This document shows positions 39,857-50,200 of a stretch of DNA of 64,000 nucleotides, piece after piece (position 1 is the first letter of the stretch; every line of letters starts with the position of its first letter). Under the pieces are notes generated by a model, which saw only the letters and a list, made by a program, of their open reading frames with translations, was not told where the DNA came from and ran no database searches. The DNA is from Lapillicoccus sp. Lineage in GTDB: Bacteria; Actinomycetota; Actinomycetes; Actinomycetales; Dermatophilaceae. A program made the position numbers and the translations under genes. The DNA lies in NCBI RefSeq assembly GCF_039935575.1, contig NZ_JBDTKA010000111.1:903-64902 (forward strand). The letters run 5' to 3'.

Positions 39857-40924
39857 CGCCACCGCAGCGGGCGAGTCGGGCACACCGAGCACGACCGGTA
39901 TGCCGCTGTCCCCACCCTCGCGGACGCGCGTGTCGAGCGGGATCTGCCCGAGTAACGGCACCGGCGCGCCGACCGAGCGCGTGAGCGAGTCGGAGACGGC
40001 CTGACCGCCGCCGGAGCCGAAGATCTCGTGCCGCGACCCGTCCGGCATCTCGAGCCAGGACATGTTCTCGACGACCCCGACCAGACGTTGGTGGGTCTGC
40101 AAAGCGATGGCTCCGGCGCGTTCGGCCACCTCGGCGGCCGCTTGTTGCGGGGTGGTGACGACGAGGATCTCGGCCGTGGGGATCAGCTGCGCCACCGAGA
40201 TGGCGATGTCCCCCGTGCCGGGCGGCAGGTCCAGCAGCAGCACGTCGAGGTCACCCCAGAACACGTCGCCGAGGAACTGCTGCAGGGCCCGGTGGAGCAT
40301 CGGTCCGCGCCACACCACCGGCTGGTTCCCGGGGACGAACATCCCGATCGAGATGACCTTCACGTCGTACGAGATGGGGGGCAGGATCATGTCGTCGACC
40401 TGGGTCGGACGCTGCTGCACACCGAGCATCCGCGGCACCGAGAACCCGTAGACGTCGGCGTCGACCACCCCGACCCGCAGCCCCTGGGCGGCCATCGACG
40501 CGGCGAGGTTGACGGTCACCGAGGACTTGCCGACGCCCCCCTTGCCGGAGGCGATGGCATATACGCGGGTGAGCGAGCCCGGTCTGGCGAACGGGATCTC
40601 GCGCTCCGCCTGCCCGCCCCGCAGCTGGGTCTTGAGCGTGGCGCGCTGCTCGTCGCTCATCACGTCGAGGGTGACGTCGACCGTGTCGACGCCCTCGACG
40701 GCGACCAGGGCGGCGGTGATGTCCTTGGTCAGCGTCTCCTTCATCGGGCAGCCGGCCACGGTGAGGAAGATCGTCACGGCTACTCGGCCGGCGTCGTCGA
40801 CCGCGACGGACTTGACCATGCCGAGCTCGGTGATGGGCTTGCGGATCTCGGGGTCGTTCACACGCGAGAGCGCGGAGAGCAGCTCATCCTGGGTGGGCAG
40901 AACGCTGGTAGGCACGTTCTCCAT
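39773..40924 (-). CDS. mrp: Mrp/ApbC-family Fe-S cluster carrier ATPase
   Basis: Internal ATG (MENVPTS) of ORF 39773-40987. N-terminal DUF59-like region (VNDPEIRKPITELGMV) and deviant Walker A ASGKGGVGKSS. Confidence 0.9.
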   Translation of the reverse strand: MENVPTSVLPTQDELLSALSRVNDPEIRKPITELGMVKSVAVDDAGRVAVTIFLTVAGCPMKETLTKDITAALVAVEGVDTVDVTLDVMSDEQRATLKTQLRGGQAEREIPFARPGSLTRVYAIASGKGGVGKSSVTVNLAASMAAQGLRVGVVDADVYGFSVPRMLGVQQRPTQVDDMILPPISYDVKVISIGMFVPGNQPVVWRGPMLHRALQQFLGDVFWGDLDVLLLDLPPGTGDIAISVAQLIPTAEILVVTTPQQAAAEVAERAGAIALQTHQRLVGVVENMSWLEMPDGSRHEIFGSGGGQAVSDSLTRSVGAPVPLLGQIPLDTRVREGGDSGIPVVLGVPDSPAAVALRGVARALSVRARGLAGRSLGLTPTGR

Positions 40925-40990
40925 GCTATGTCGGCTCAGGAGCAGCGGCTGACCCGTCGGCCGGGCTGCGGGTGTGACCCCGCGCACCCA

Positions 40991-42448
40991 TCAGACCATG
41001 AGGTCGTCCATGTCCTCGAGCTCCTTGCCCTTGGTCTCCTTGACCCATCTGACGACGAAGATCAACGACAGCAGCGCCATTACGGCGTAGAAGCCGTACG
41101 AGAGGGAAAGGGAGATGTCCTTCATCGTCGGGAAGCTGACGGTGATCAGCCAGTTGGCCACCCACTGGGCGCCGGCGGCCAGCGAGAGCGCGGCCGCGCG
41201 AATCCGGTTCGGGAAAGACTCGCCAAGCAGAACCCAGACGACTGGGCCCCACGACATACCGAACGCGATGACAAAGACGTTCGCCGCGACCAAGGCGATC
41301 GGACCCTCGGCGCCAGTCAACACGGGGTTCACCGCACCCGCTGCATCCGTGGTGGTCTTGGCGACACCGAAGATCAACGCCATCACGCCGAGGCTCACCG
41401 TCATCCCGATCGAGCCGATGACGAGCAGCGGCTTGCGTCCGACACGGTCGACGGTGGCGATGGCGATCAGGGTCGTCACGATGTTGACGACCGCGGTGAT
41501 GACGGTGATCTTGAAGGAGTCGGCCTCGCTGAACCCGACTGCCTCCCAGAGAATGTTGGAGTAGTAGAAGATCACGTTGATGCCGACGAACTGCTGGAAG
41601 ACGGACAGCAGTATGCCGATCCAGACGATGGGCAGCAGCCCGCCCTTGGGTGCCCGCAGGTCGGACCAGGACGGTTTGGTGTCGGACTTGAGGGAGTGCT
41701 GGATGCGGGTGACCCGCTCCTCGGTGCCTTTGGAGCCCAGCATCAAGTCGAGCACGCGGCGAGCCTCGGGGATTTGCCGGTTCGCGATCAGGTAGCGCGG
41801 GGACTCGGGGATGAACAGCGACAGGCCCCCGTAGAGGACGGCGGGGACGATCATCGCGAGGAACATCCAGCGCCACGCGTCGAGCCCGAACCAGAACGGG
41901 CTGGAGGAGCTGCCCGCGACCGTCGCGAAGATGTAGTCGACAAGCAGCGAAAGGAAGATGCCCGTGACGATGGCCAGCTGTTGCAGCGAACCCAGCCGGC
42001 CACGCAACCGGGCGGGCGCGATCTCGGCGATGTATGCGGGGGCGATCACCGATGCGATGCCCACGCCGAGACCGCCGATGATGCGGAACACGATGAGCAC
42101 GAGCAGGTCGGGGGCGAAGCCGGACCCGAGGGCGCTGATGAGAAAAAGCACGGCGGCGACCTGCATGACGCGCAGCCGGCCGAACCGGTCGGCAATCCGA
42201 CCCGCCAACACAGCGCCGACGGCGGCGCCGAGCAGCGCGGACGCCACCGCGAACCCCAAGGCGCCGGACTCGACGTCGAACACCTTGCCGATCGCGCTGA
42301 CCGCGCCGTTGATGACGGCGCTGTCGTAGCCGAACAGGAACCCGCCGAGCGCGGCGACCGCGGCGACCTTGATTGCTGGACCGATGGGGGCGTTCTCGTC
42401 GTCCTCGCCGAGTGGGCCTGTGCTGGGGATCGAGCTGGTGTCAGCCAT
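40991..42448 (-). CDS. MFS sugar porter family transporter
   Basis: GGFLFGYDSAVINGAV, GRIADRFGR, PESPRYL and PETKG-like (VKETKGKELEDMD) motifs. 12 TM pattern. Confidence 0.9.
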   Translation of the reverse strand: MADTSSIPSTGPLGEDDENAPIGPAIKVAAVAALGGFLFGYDSAVINGAVSAIGKVFDVESGALGFAVASALLGAAVGAVLAGRIADRFGRLRVMQVAAVLFLISALGSGFAPDLLVLIVFRIIGGLGVGIASVIAPAYIAEIAPARLRGRLGSLQQLAIVTGIFLSLLVDYIFATVAGSSSSPFWFGLDAWRWMFLAMIVPAVLYGGLSLFIPESPRYLIANRQIPEARRVLDLMLGSKGTEERVTRIQHSLKSDTKPSWSDLRAPKGGLLPIVWIGILLSVFQQFVGINVIFYYSNILWEAVGFSEADSFKITVITAVVNIVTTLIAIATVDRVGRKPLLVIGSIGMTVSLGVMALIFGVAKTTTDAAGAVNPVLTGAEGPIALVAANVFVIAFGMSWGPVVWVLLGESFPNRIRAAALSLAAGAQWVANWLITVSFPTMKDISLSLSYGFYAVMALLSLIFVVRWVKETKGKELEDMDDLMV

Positions 42449-42541
42449 CGGAACCGCCTCACGCGTCGTGGTGTTTGCGGTTCATTGTGTACCCGGGGAG
42501 TCGGGCGTGACCGGCACCGGCAGGCACAAAATGCACAAGTC

Positions 42542-43111
42542 TTATCGGCGCGGCTCGTCGTCGACGCTGCCCGACAGACCGCGCTCCTCCATCTCGTCCA
42601 GCAGCTGGCGCAGTTCGGAGCGCACGAAGTCCCGAGTCGCTATGTCTCGCAACGCGATCCGCAACGCCGCGACCTCTCGGGTGAGGAACTCGGTGTCGGC
42701 GAGGTTGCGCTCGTCCCTGGCTCTGTCCTGCTCCAACGCAACGCGGTCGCGGTCGGCCAGGCGGTTCTGGGCTAGCAGGATGAGGGGCGCCGCATAGGAC
42801 GCCTGCAGCGACAGGATGAGCGTGAGCAGGGTGTAGTTCGTCGCGCGCGGGTCGAACTGATGTGCCTCGGGCGCGAAGGTGTTCCACACCAGCCAGGCCC
42901 CGACAAAGACGGTCATGCCGACGATGAACGAGGCGGTTCCCATCCCGCGGGCGAATGCCTCGCTCCACCGTCCGAAGGTCTCCGGTGAGAAGGACGGCGT
43001 GGGGACGAAGCGTCGCCGGAACTCCTGGGGCTGGTCGAGTCGGGGCGCGTCGTCCCGCCTGCGCCCAGACCGAACGACTCGCCGGTCCGCTCGGTCGTTC
43101 CGGTCAGCCAC
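42542..43111 (-). CDS. DUF1003-family membrane protein
   Basis: Two TM helices, then LILSLQASYAAPLILLAQNRLADRDR. Overlaps the upstream MgtE-N gene by 8 nt. Confidence 0.7.
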   Translation of the reverse strand: MADRNDRADRRVVRSGRRRDDAPRLDQPQEFRRRFVPTPSFSPETFGRWSEAFARGMGTASFIVGMTVFVGAWLVWNTFAPEAHQFDPRATNYTLLTLILSLQASYAAPLILLAQNRLADRDRVALEQDRARDERNLADTEFLTREVAALRIALRDIATRDFVRSELRQLLDEMEERGLSGSVDDEPRR

Positions 43112-44396
43112 GGGTCACCTCACGCCCGCTGCGCCGGTCCTCGTGACGGTCCTCCCGCCAGTCCTCCGGGAGGATGTGGTCGAGGACGTCGTCCACGGTG
43201 ACCGCGCCGAGGAAACGCCCGTCCCGGTCGACCACCGGGACGGCGACCAGGTTGTAGGTCGCAAGCATCCGGGTGACCTGCTCGAGCGGAGCGTCGACCG
43301 GCATCGGTTCTATTCCCTTGTCCACCACCGAACCCACTGAGGAGTGCGGCGGTTCGCGCAGCAACCGTTGGATGTGGACGACGCCGATGAACCTCCCCGT
43401 CGGCGTCTCCAGTGGTGGCCGGCATACGAAGATCGTGGAGGCGAGGGCGGGAGCCAGCTCTTCGCGGCGGACGACCGCCAGCGCCTCGGCGATCGTGGCC
43501 TCAGGGCCGAGGATGACGGGCTCGGTGGTCATCAGGCCACCAGCGGTCTTCTCGTCGTAAGCCAGCAATCGGCGCAGGGGCGCGGCCTCGTCCGGTTCCA
43601 TCAGCTGCAGAAGCTGCTCCTGTTGGTCCGTCGACAGCTCGGCCAGCAGGTCGGCCGCGTCATCGGGCTGCATGGCTTCGAGGATGTCGGCGGCGCGTTC
43701 GGTGTCGAGCCCCGCGAGGATCTCGACCTGGTCGTCCTCGGGTAGCTCCTCGAGGATGTCGGCGAGCCGCTCGTCGTCGAGCTCGGCGGCGACCTGGGCA
43801 CGCCGCTGCGGGCTGAGGTCGTGGATCATGTTGGCGAGGTCAGCGACCCGAAGGTCGTCGTAGCTCTCGAGGAGCTTGGCCGCGCTCTGGTCGCCCGAGC
43901 GGATCCGCAGGCCCTCGACGTCCTCGATGTCCACGAGCACGGTCTCGCCGCGCCTACGCAGCGTCAGTCCGCGGCCCTGGGAGCCACCATCCTTGCGACA
44001 GAACACCTTGGTGACGTTCCAGTTGCGACCGCGCGCCTCCATGGCGACGTCCTCGACAGTGCCGGGAAACGAGCCGTCGGGGGAGGTCACGGTGACGCTG
44101 CGCTCCAAGAGCTCGGCGAGGACGAGTGTCTCGTTGGTGCGCGACTCGAACCGGCGCATGTTGACCAGGCCGGTGGTGATGACCTGACCGGCGTCGAGCG
44201 AGGTGACCCTCGTCATCGGCACGAACACCCGGCGCCGTCCGGGCACCTCCACGACCAGACCGATGACGCGTGGCCGAGCCACCGTGCTGCTGAACGCCAC
44301 GACGACATCGCGAACCCGACCGACCGGGTCGCCCAACGGGTCGAAGACGCGCAGGCCGGCGAGGCGCGCGACGAAGACACGGGAGGCGGGGCTCAC
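43104..44396 (-). CDS. MgtE N-terminal domain + CBS-pair protein (no transporter TM domain)
   Basis: AQVAAELDDERLADILEELPEDDQVEIL...AADILEAMQPDDAADLL (MgtE_N), then tandem CBS motifs. Confidence 0.8.
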   Translation of the reverse strand: MSPASRVFVARLAGLRVFDPLGDPVGRVRDVVVAFSSTVARPRVIGLVVEVPGRRRVFVPMTRVTSLDAGQVITTGLVNMRRFESRTNETLVLAELLERSVTVTSPDGSFPGTVEDVAMEARGRNWNVTKVFCRKDGGSQGRGLTLRRRGETVLVDIEDVEGLRIRSGDQSAAKLLESYDDLRVADLANMIHDLSPQRRAQVAAELDDERLADILEELPEDDQVEILAGLDTERAADILEAMQPDDAADLLAELSTDQQEQLLQLMEPDEAAPLRRLLAYDEKTAGGLMTTEPVILGPEATIAEALAVVRREELAPALASTIFVCRPPLETPTGRFIGVVHIQRLLREPPHSSVGSVVDKGIEPMPVDAPLEQVTRMLATYNLVAVPVVDRDGRFLGAVTVDDVLDHILPEDWREDRHEDRRSGREVTRG

Positions 44397-44472
44397 GGGG
44401 CAAGGTTAGCCGCAGCGGTATGCGTCGCCCGGCCGCCGCGGCAGGTTCACCGGAACGGCTTTTCGGAACGGG

Positions 44473-45012
44473 TCAGCGAGTGCCGCGGCGCCGTTTGGGC
44501 CGCCCGAACAGGTGCCACGGACGCCACCGGCTGGTGGTGGCGCGGGATGCCGGGGGGGTCGCGGCGCCCGACCCGTCCGTGTAGCTGCCCGGACCTTCTA
44601 CCGGGTTGCCGTACGGGGTCAGGGCCGTCACCGCGCACTCGTAACGCCAGCGGTCGAGGGCACCGGGCGGCGCGTTGAGTCGTCCTGCTGACAAGGCGGT
44701 GGTGGCGGTCTCCCACTGCGGTTCGGTGTCGGCGAGGACGCGGGTTCTGGCCCGCACGCGCAGGAGTCGGCCGCCGGTGTCCTGGCTGCGCAGCACGAGG
44801 ACGACCTCCTCCGGTAGCCACGGCAGATGCTGCTCCCCGGGGCCGTTGACCACGTAGGCGGTCGGCGCGACCCAGGCGTGCCAGACCGGCCAGGCCCGGT
44901 CGCCCGGGACCTCGACCCAGATGATCCCCGACTTGGTCATCGCCTCGCCGACCAGGGCCGTGATGTTGGCGCCCTGGGCGGCGTCGACCTCCGGAGCGGG
45001 CTGCTCGGTCAC
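44473..45012 (-). CDS. conserved hypothetical protein
   Basis: 179-aa ORF with normal codon bias, 22 nt downstream of the esterase gene. No motif recognised. Confidence 0.45.
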   Translation of the reverse strand: MTEQPAPEVDAAQGANITALVGEAMTKSGIIWVEVPGDRAWPVWHAWVAPTAYVVNGPGEQHLPWLPEEVVLVLRSQDTGGRLLRVRARTRVLADTEPQWETATTALSAGRLNAPPGALDRWRYECAVTALTPYGNPVEGPGSYTDGSGAATPPASRATTSRWRPWHLFGRPKRRRGTR

Positions 45013-45033
45013 GGTGCCGAGCGTAGGCGATGG

Positions 45034-45852
45034 TCAACCAGCCAGGTGTCGCGAGGCGAACGCGATCTGCGCCGGCACCGTGGTCCGCCAGTAGTCGTCG
45101 GTGTGGCCACCGGTGGCGAAGGTTCCCTCGGGCGGCTCGACGAAGCCCGTCACGAACGCCCGGTTGGCGACGATGAAGGGATCGGACGTCCCGCAGTCGA
45201 CCCGCAGCGGGACTGCTCCGATGACGGTGCGCAAACCGAACACGTCGTGGTCCCGGAAGTCCTGGGCGTCGTCGAACGCACCCGGCGCACTCAACCCCGG
45301 TTGCTGCCACAGGGCGGCGCTCATCGTCGAGACCGCCCGGACCCGGCCTTTCAGGGTCGTCGCGCAGAGCAGCAGCGCGCCGTACCCGCCCATCGACCAC
45401 CCCATCAGGGCCAGCCGGGAGGTGTCGAGACCGCGGGCCGCGAGCAGCGGGACCAGCTCGTCCGTCACCATGGCGCCGACATCGGTGCCGTCCTTGCGTC
45501 GGTGGTAGTAGCTGTCACCGCCGTCGACGCCCACCACGGCCAACGGCGCCACCATCGTCCCGGAGCGCATCAGGGCGCCGAGGTCGACAAGACCTTCGAC
45601 GTCGCGGTGGCTCCCGCCCTTGCCGTGCAGGGCGACGACCACGGGCAGCGACGCATCGGTAGGGGAGTCGGGCGGGTAGAGCACGGCATACCCGGTGTCG
45701 ACCCCGCCGCGCGCAGACGACCGGAACGACCCCTCGACCAGTCCTGGCGAGGGCGGCCGCAGCAGCGAGCACCCGGCGACGCTGCTCACGGCACCAGCGC
45801 CGGCCAGTCCCAGCGCACCCCGCAACACGGTGCGACGGCCGATGGTACCCAC
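45034..45852 (-). CDS. secreted esterase-family alpha/beta hydrolase (Tat signal + lipobox)
   Basis: MGTIGRRTVLRGALGLAGAGAVSSVAGC has a twin-arginine and a lipobox. Nucleophile elbow GWSMGGYGAL. Confidence 0.75.
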   Translation of the reverse strand: MGTIGRRTVLRGALGLAGAGAVSSVAGCSLLRPPSPGLVEGSFRSSARGGVDTGYAVLYPPDSPTDASLPVVVALHGKGGSHRDVEGLVDLGALMRSGTMVAPLAVVGVDGGDSYYHRRKDGTDVGAMVTDELVPLLAARGLDTSRLALMGWSMGGYGALLLCATTLKGRVRAVSTMSAALWQQPGLSAPGAFDDAQDFRDHDVFGLRTVIGAVPLRVDCGTSDPFIVANRAFVTGFVEPPEGTFATGGHTDDYWRTTVPAQIAFASRHLAG

Positions 45853-45897
45853 CGGGCGACCGTAGCGCGACTGACGGCGAACCCAGGCCGGATCCGG

Positions 45898-46116
45898 CTA
45901 CTCGCCCGTCTCGCCGTCGATCGACTCCCGGACGAGGTCGGCGTGACCCGCGTGCCGGGCCGTCTCCTCGATCATGTGGAGAACGACCCAGCGCAACGAG
46001 ACGTGCGAGCCGTTGCGCAGCGTCCCGACGGACAGGACCGCGAGGTCACCCGTCGCAGCCACGACCGCGCGGCTGCGCGCGCAGGCGTCGAGGTACGCCT
46101 GTTTCAGCTCGTCCGG
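45898..46116 (-). pseudogene. C-terminal remnant of a DinB/DUF664-family gene
   Basis: Minus frame reads [72 protein letters not shown]-stop (72 codons). It is bounded upstream by an in-frame TAG at 46117-46119, with no N-terminal half. Confidence 0.55.
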
Positions 46117-46160
46117 CTAGGGGTCCGATGGCTCCTCCTGGCCTGGCTGTCGGTCATCGG

Positions 46161-47009
46161 TCACCACCTCGACGTCGCTGCCGCCATCAGGTCCCCGAAG
46201 AGCTCGCCGTCGTCGACGGGATATCCCCGCCGAGTGAACCAGTCGGCCATGTTCTTCGCGTCGCGCTCCAGGAACTCCGGTCCGTGCGGGTTGCCGATGA
46301 TGTCGACGATCTGCGGCCAGTCGATCACCACGAGCCGCTCACCGTCGAGCAGCACGTTGTAGGGCGAGAGGTCCCCGTGCGCCCACCCACGCAACGCGAG
46401 CGTCGTCATGGTCTCGCGCAGCTGCTCGAACAGCTCGGGCAGCAGGTCGGCGGGGGGTCTGGTCTGGACCAGTCGAGGGGCTGCCTCGCCGTCCTGACCG
46501 ATGAGCTCCATCAGCATCTCGGTGTCGCCCAGCTGGACGGGATAGGGCACGGGCAGCCCCATCTCCCAGAGCTTTCCGAGCGCGTCGAACTCGGCCATGG
46601 CCCACTGTCCAGTGATGAGGGCCTTGCCGAACTCGGTGCGACGTCCCATGGCCCGCATCTCGCGACTGCGCCGCACCCGTCGGCCTTCGAGATAGCCGGT
46701 GTCTCGGTGGAACATCCGGTGTTCGGCGCCGCGGAACCGTTTGGCGGCCATCAGGACGTCCTGGCCCGGCTGGTCGGGAACCCAGCGGCGCACGATGTGG
46801 ACCTCCGCCTCCTTGCCGGACTTGAGCACGCCGAGGTCGGCATCGACCGCGCCGAGGGCGGTGACGACCCAGTCGGGTCGAGGTTTCGGGCCGTGCATCG
46901 ACCCGTCCCACGAGGACCACTGGTCTCCTGCGGGCGGTCCGTCGGGCTTGCTGTCAAGCGCGAACGACGCGATGTCCCAGTCGTCGGCGGATGGTGTTGC
47001 AGGTGTCAC
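46161..47009 (-). CDS. RIO1-family atypical serine protein kinase
   Basis: LKSGKEAEVHIV (ATP-binding loop/Lys region), MELIG hinge-like segment, catalytic HGDLSPYNVL and metal-binding VVIDWPQ motifs. Confidence 0.8.
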   Translation of the reverse strand: MTPATPSADDWDIASFALDSKPDGPPAGDQWSSWDGSMHGPKPRPDWVVTALGAVDADLGVLKSGKEAEVHIVRRWVPDQPGQDVLMAAKRFRGAEHRMFHRDTGYLEGRRVRRSREMRAMGRRTEFGKALITGQWAMAEFDALGKLWEMGLPVPYPVQLGDTEMLMELIGQDGEAAPRLVQTRPPADLLPELFEQLRETMTTLALRGWAHGDLSPYNVLLDGERLVVIDWPQIVDIIGNPHGPEFLERDAKNMADWFTRRGYPVDDGELFGDLMAAATSRW

Positions 47010-47276
47010 TGTGGATCTCCAGAGCTAAGAGGAACGCGGGGCAGAACACACCCAGGACAGTCGTCGACATGTCACTCCTCCTCGGATCGATCGCAGCAGG
47101 GCTCGAGCGTCTCGGATCGCAGCTCTGGCGCGCAACCGCTTTTCCCAACCTGTGTATCCGCGTCTGAGCTACGACCTCCTTGTGACGAACCGGTTTTGCG
47201 CAATGTGCCGCTCTACACGCCGGTGAGGTGCACGCTAGGTGTCCTCACTGGCCTTCACCCCGGCAGGAGGCGACAG

Positions 47277-50200
47277 GTGGCGACGACGTCGTTCGCTCGC
47301 GGGCGGTTGCGTGTCACGCACCCGGTGACCTACCGCGCCACGAGCGTGCGCACGCGAAGCCGAGGGATCGACGGGACTACTCCCCAGGACGTCGATACGG
47401 TGGTCGTGAACACGTTGCGGGACAACGGGTTCAACCAGGTGCAGCGGGTCGCCATCACGTCGGGCACTGGTCGTGGTCTCGGTGACCGAGGGCTGCGGGC
47501 TCGTCCGCGCCCGGCCGCCGTCACGATCGCTCTGGACGTGGCCGATGACGAGGATGCCGTGGTCCTGCTCGAGACCGGTGGCTGTTACTCGTGGGTCCTC
47601 CCGACGCACGAACCGCGGCCCCGCAGCCGCGGCACGGACCGGGCGTTGTCCGGCCGGGTGGCGCGGTTCGACATCAGCATCGCACCGACCTCCGGGGCAG
47701 CCGAACGCACGCGAGTCCGTGACCTCGGCTGGCCGACCAGCAGTGCCGGAGCCCGTGCAACCGTGCTGTCGTTCGCGGCCGGCGCCCTCGGCGACGCCGC
47801 GATACGCCTGCTGGAGAGTCGGGTGGAGCCGGGGTTCGTGCACGTGACCTCCGCCGATCCGAGCGGGTGGACGCGCGTCGACGACCTCGCGGCCGTGGGT
47901 CTCGACGCCGCCCGCCCCAACCGCGTTCTGCTCCTGGTCCACGGAACGTTCGACTCGACCCTCGGCGCCTTCTCCGGCCTGGCCGCCACCGCAGAGGGGC
48001 GTGCCTTCCTCGAGGCGGCGGTCGAGGCATACGACGCGGTCGTCGGTTTCGACCACCGCACCCTCAGCGTCGACCCTTTGGCCAATGCCACCGACCTTGG
48101 GCAGCGACTCGTCGCCCTGGTCGCCACGGCGCCGGTGACGCTCGATGTGTTGTGCCACAGCCGCGGTGGGCTCACGGCACGAAGCTTCGCCGAGTCGGTG
48201 CTGCCGGGCCTGGCCTGGCGGGGTCGGGTGGACCGGGCAGTGTTCGTGGCTGCGACGAACGCCGGGACGCACTTCGCCGACGCAGATCGGTGGAAGGACC
48301 TCGCCGACCTCTACACCAACCTCGTCTCGGCGCACGCCCGAGCGCTCGCCGCCGTTCCCGGGGGCGGAGTGCTCGCCGACGCGGCCGTGTCGGCGATCAG
48401 GGGCATCGGCGCTCTCGTCAGCTGGCTCGCGTCCTACGCGACAGCGAGTGGGAGCGTCCCCGGCCTGGCGGCGATGAACCCCGACGGCGCGTTCGTCGAG
48501 ACGATCAACCAGGACCAGCCTGGGCAGCCGCGTCCCGGCACCCCGTGGTTCGTCGTCTCGTCGGACTTCCATGCCACGACCGCCACCAGGCCCGAGGAGA
48601 TCCCCGCCGAGGTTTTCAGCCGCCTCGTCGAGGGGGTCGTCGACAAGGTGTTCGACGGTCCGAACGACCTGGTCGTCGACGATGCGTCGATGAGCGCCAT
48701 CGACCTGCCGCACGGTGGGGGATATGTGCGCGATACCCTCGCATTGGGAACGAATGCTGTTGTCTACCACACCAACTACTTCTCACAACCGGTTGTGGCC
48801 AAGGCCCTCCAGTCCTGGCTCGTCGACCGGCTCGACAGCCTCGACAGCCTCGACAGCCTTGACACAGCCTCGGCTGGGCCGCCTCCGAACCGTGTCGAAC
48901 CACCTCTGGTCCCGCCTGAGCAACCGCACCAACGGGGGCCGGTCGCGGTCGAGGAGCGACTGCCGGACGGCTGGCAGCCCTCGTTCCCCACGAACGCCGA
49001 GCCGCCGGACGAGTCCGCGACGCCGACGGTCCGGGCGCGGCTGCGGGCCGAGATGCCCCTTCATCCGACGGTCGGCCTCAGCGTCTCGGTCCGGGTCCGG
49101 CTGTCACGCGGCCCACTCGACGCCGCCACAGGAACGGCCTCGCGGCAGACGGTGCTGACCATCCGGCCCGAGATCCCGGTGTCGATCCAGCTGGTGCCGT
49201 CGACGAACGCCGTCCTCGAGGACGAGGACCTGCGGCTGGTCCTGCTCCAGCCAGGCATCGCCTCGTCGGACGTCACTTTTGCGGTGCACGCAGTCGCGGT
49301 CGGGCCGGTACGCGTACGCGTTCTCGCCCGACAGGGAGCGGAGCTGCTCGGGACGCTCGAGCTGGCCACCGAGGCGGTCTCTGCTGCGGTCGCCGCGGCC
49401 GCCTCCGACGCACCGGGGGGACGACAAGCGGTGACCCGCGGTCAGGTCGAGATCGCGAGTAGCACCTCGCCAGTGCTGGCCGACACACCGTGGCTCGAGA
49501 TCTCGCAGATCCAACGCGGTGGCCAGACCCACTTCCAGTACGAGCTGCGCATGCCCGGCGCCGACCTCTCTTCCACCGACCATCGGCTCACATACGAGTC
49601 CGCGGACATCGGTGACCCCGAGGCGTTCGTCTCGAACCGGATCAAGGAGGTGATGGCGCTGTGGTTCGACTACTCGACGGCACCGCGGACCTACCTCGCC
49701 AAGCTGCAGGACCTCGGCGCCGCCCTGTTCGAGCAGCTCTTCCCCCAGGAGATGCAGCGGTTCCTCTGGACGAACCGAGGCAGGCTCGAGGGCCTGTTCC
49801 TCCTCACCGACGAGCCGTTCATCCCCTGGGAGCTCGTGCATCTGAAGCCCGCCACCGGCCCACGCCAGAAGGCGCCGAGGTTCCTCGGCCAGCTCGGGCT
49901 TGTCCGGTGGCAGTTCACGCCTTTTCCGGCGACGGCGACCCTGCGGGCCCGGCCCGGGGAGGTCTTCGCAGTCTGTCCGGACTACGCCGACGACCGGAAC
50001 GACCTGGACCAGGCCGGGCTGGAGAGGGCCTTCCTCACCGCCACCCTCGGCGCGACCGAGGTCACGGCGACCGAGGCCAAGGTCCGCGCGCTGCTGCGGC
50101 GCCGGGGGAGCTTCGACCTGTTGCACTTCAGCGGTCACGGCGAGGCCGACGCCACCAACATTGCCGACGCGCGGATTCTGTTGGCCGGACGCCGGGTCGG

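Noticed and set aside
40028-42775. 915-aa + strand ORF.
   Set aside because: It is antisense to mrp and the MFS sugar porter, both of which have clear motifs. It has extreme Arg/Asp/Gly/His composition, typical of shadow ORFs in high-GC DNA.
46128-47276. The first 383 codons of the 1485-aa ORF 46128-50585, which would give a far larger CHAT protein.
   Set aside because: This part lies exactly antisense to the well-supported RIO kinase gene and crosses the AT-richer intergenic region. Its translation is Arg/Gly/Pro/His-rich with no motif. A GTG with a good aggagg site at 47277 gives a sensible start.
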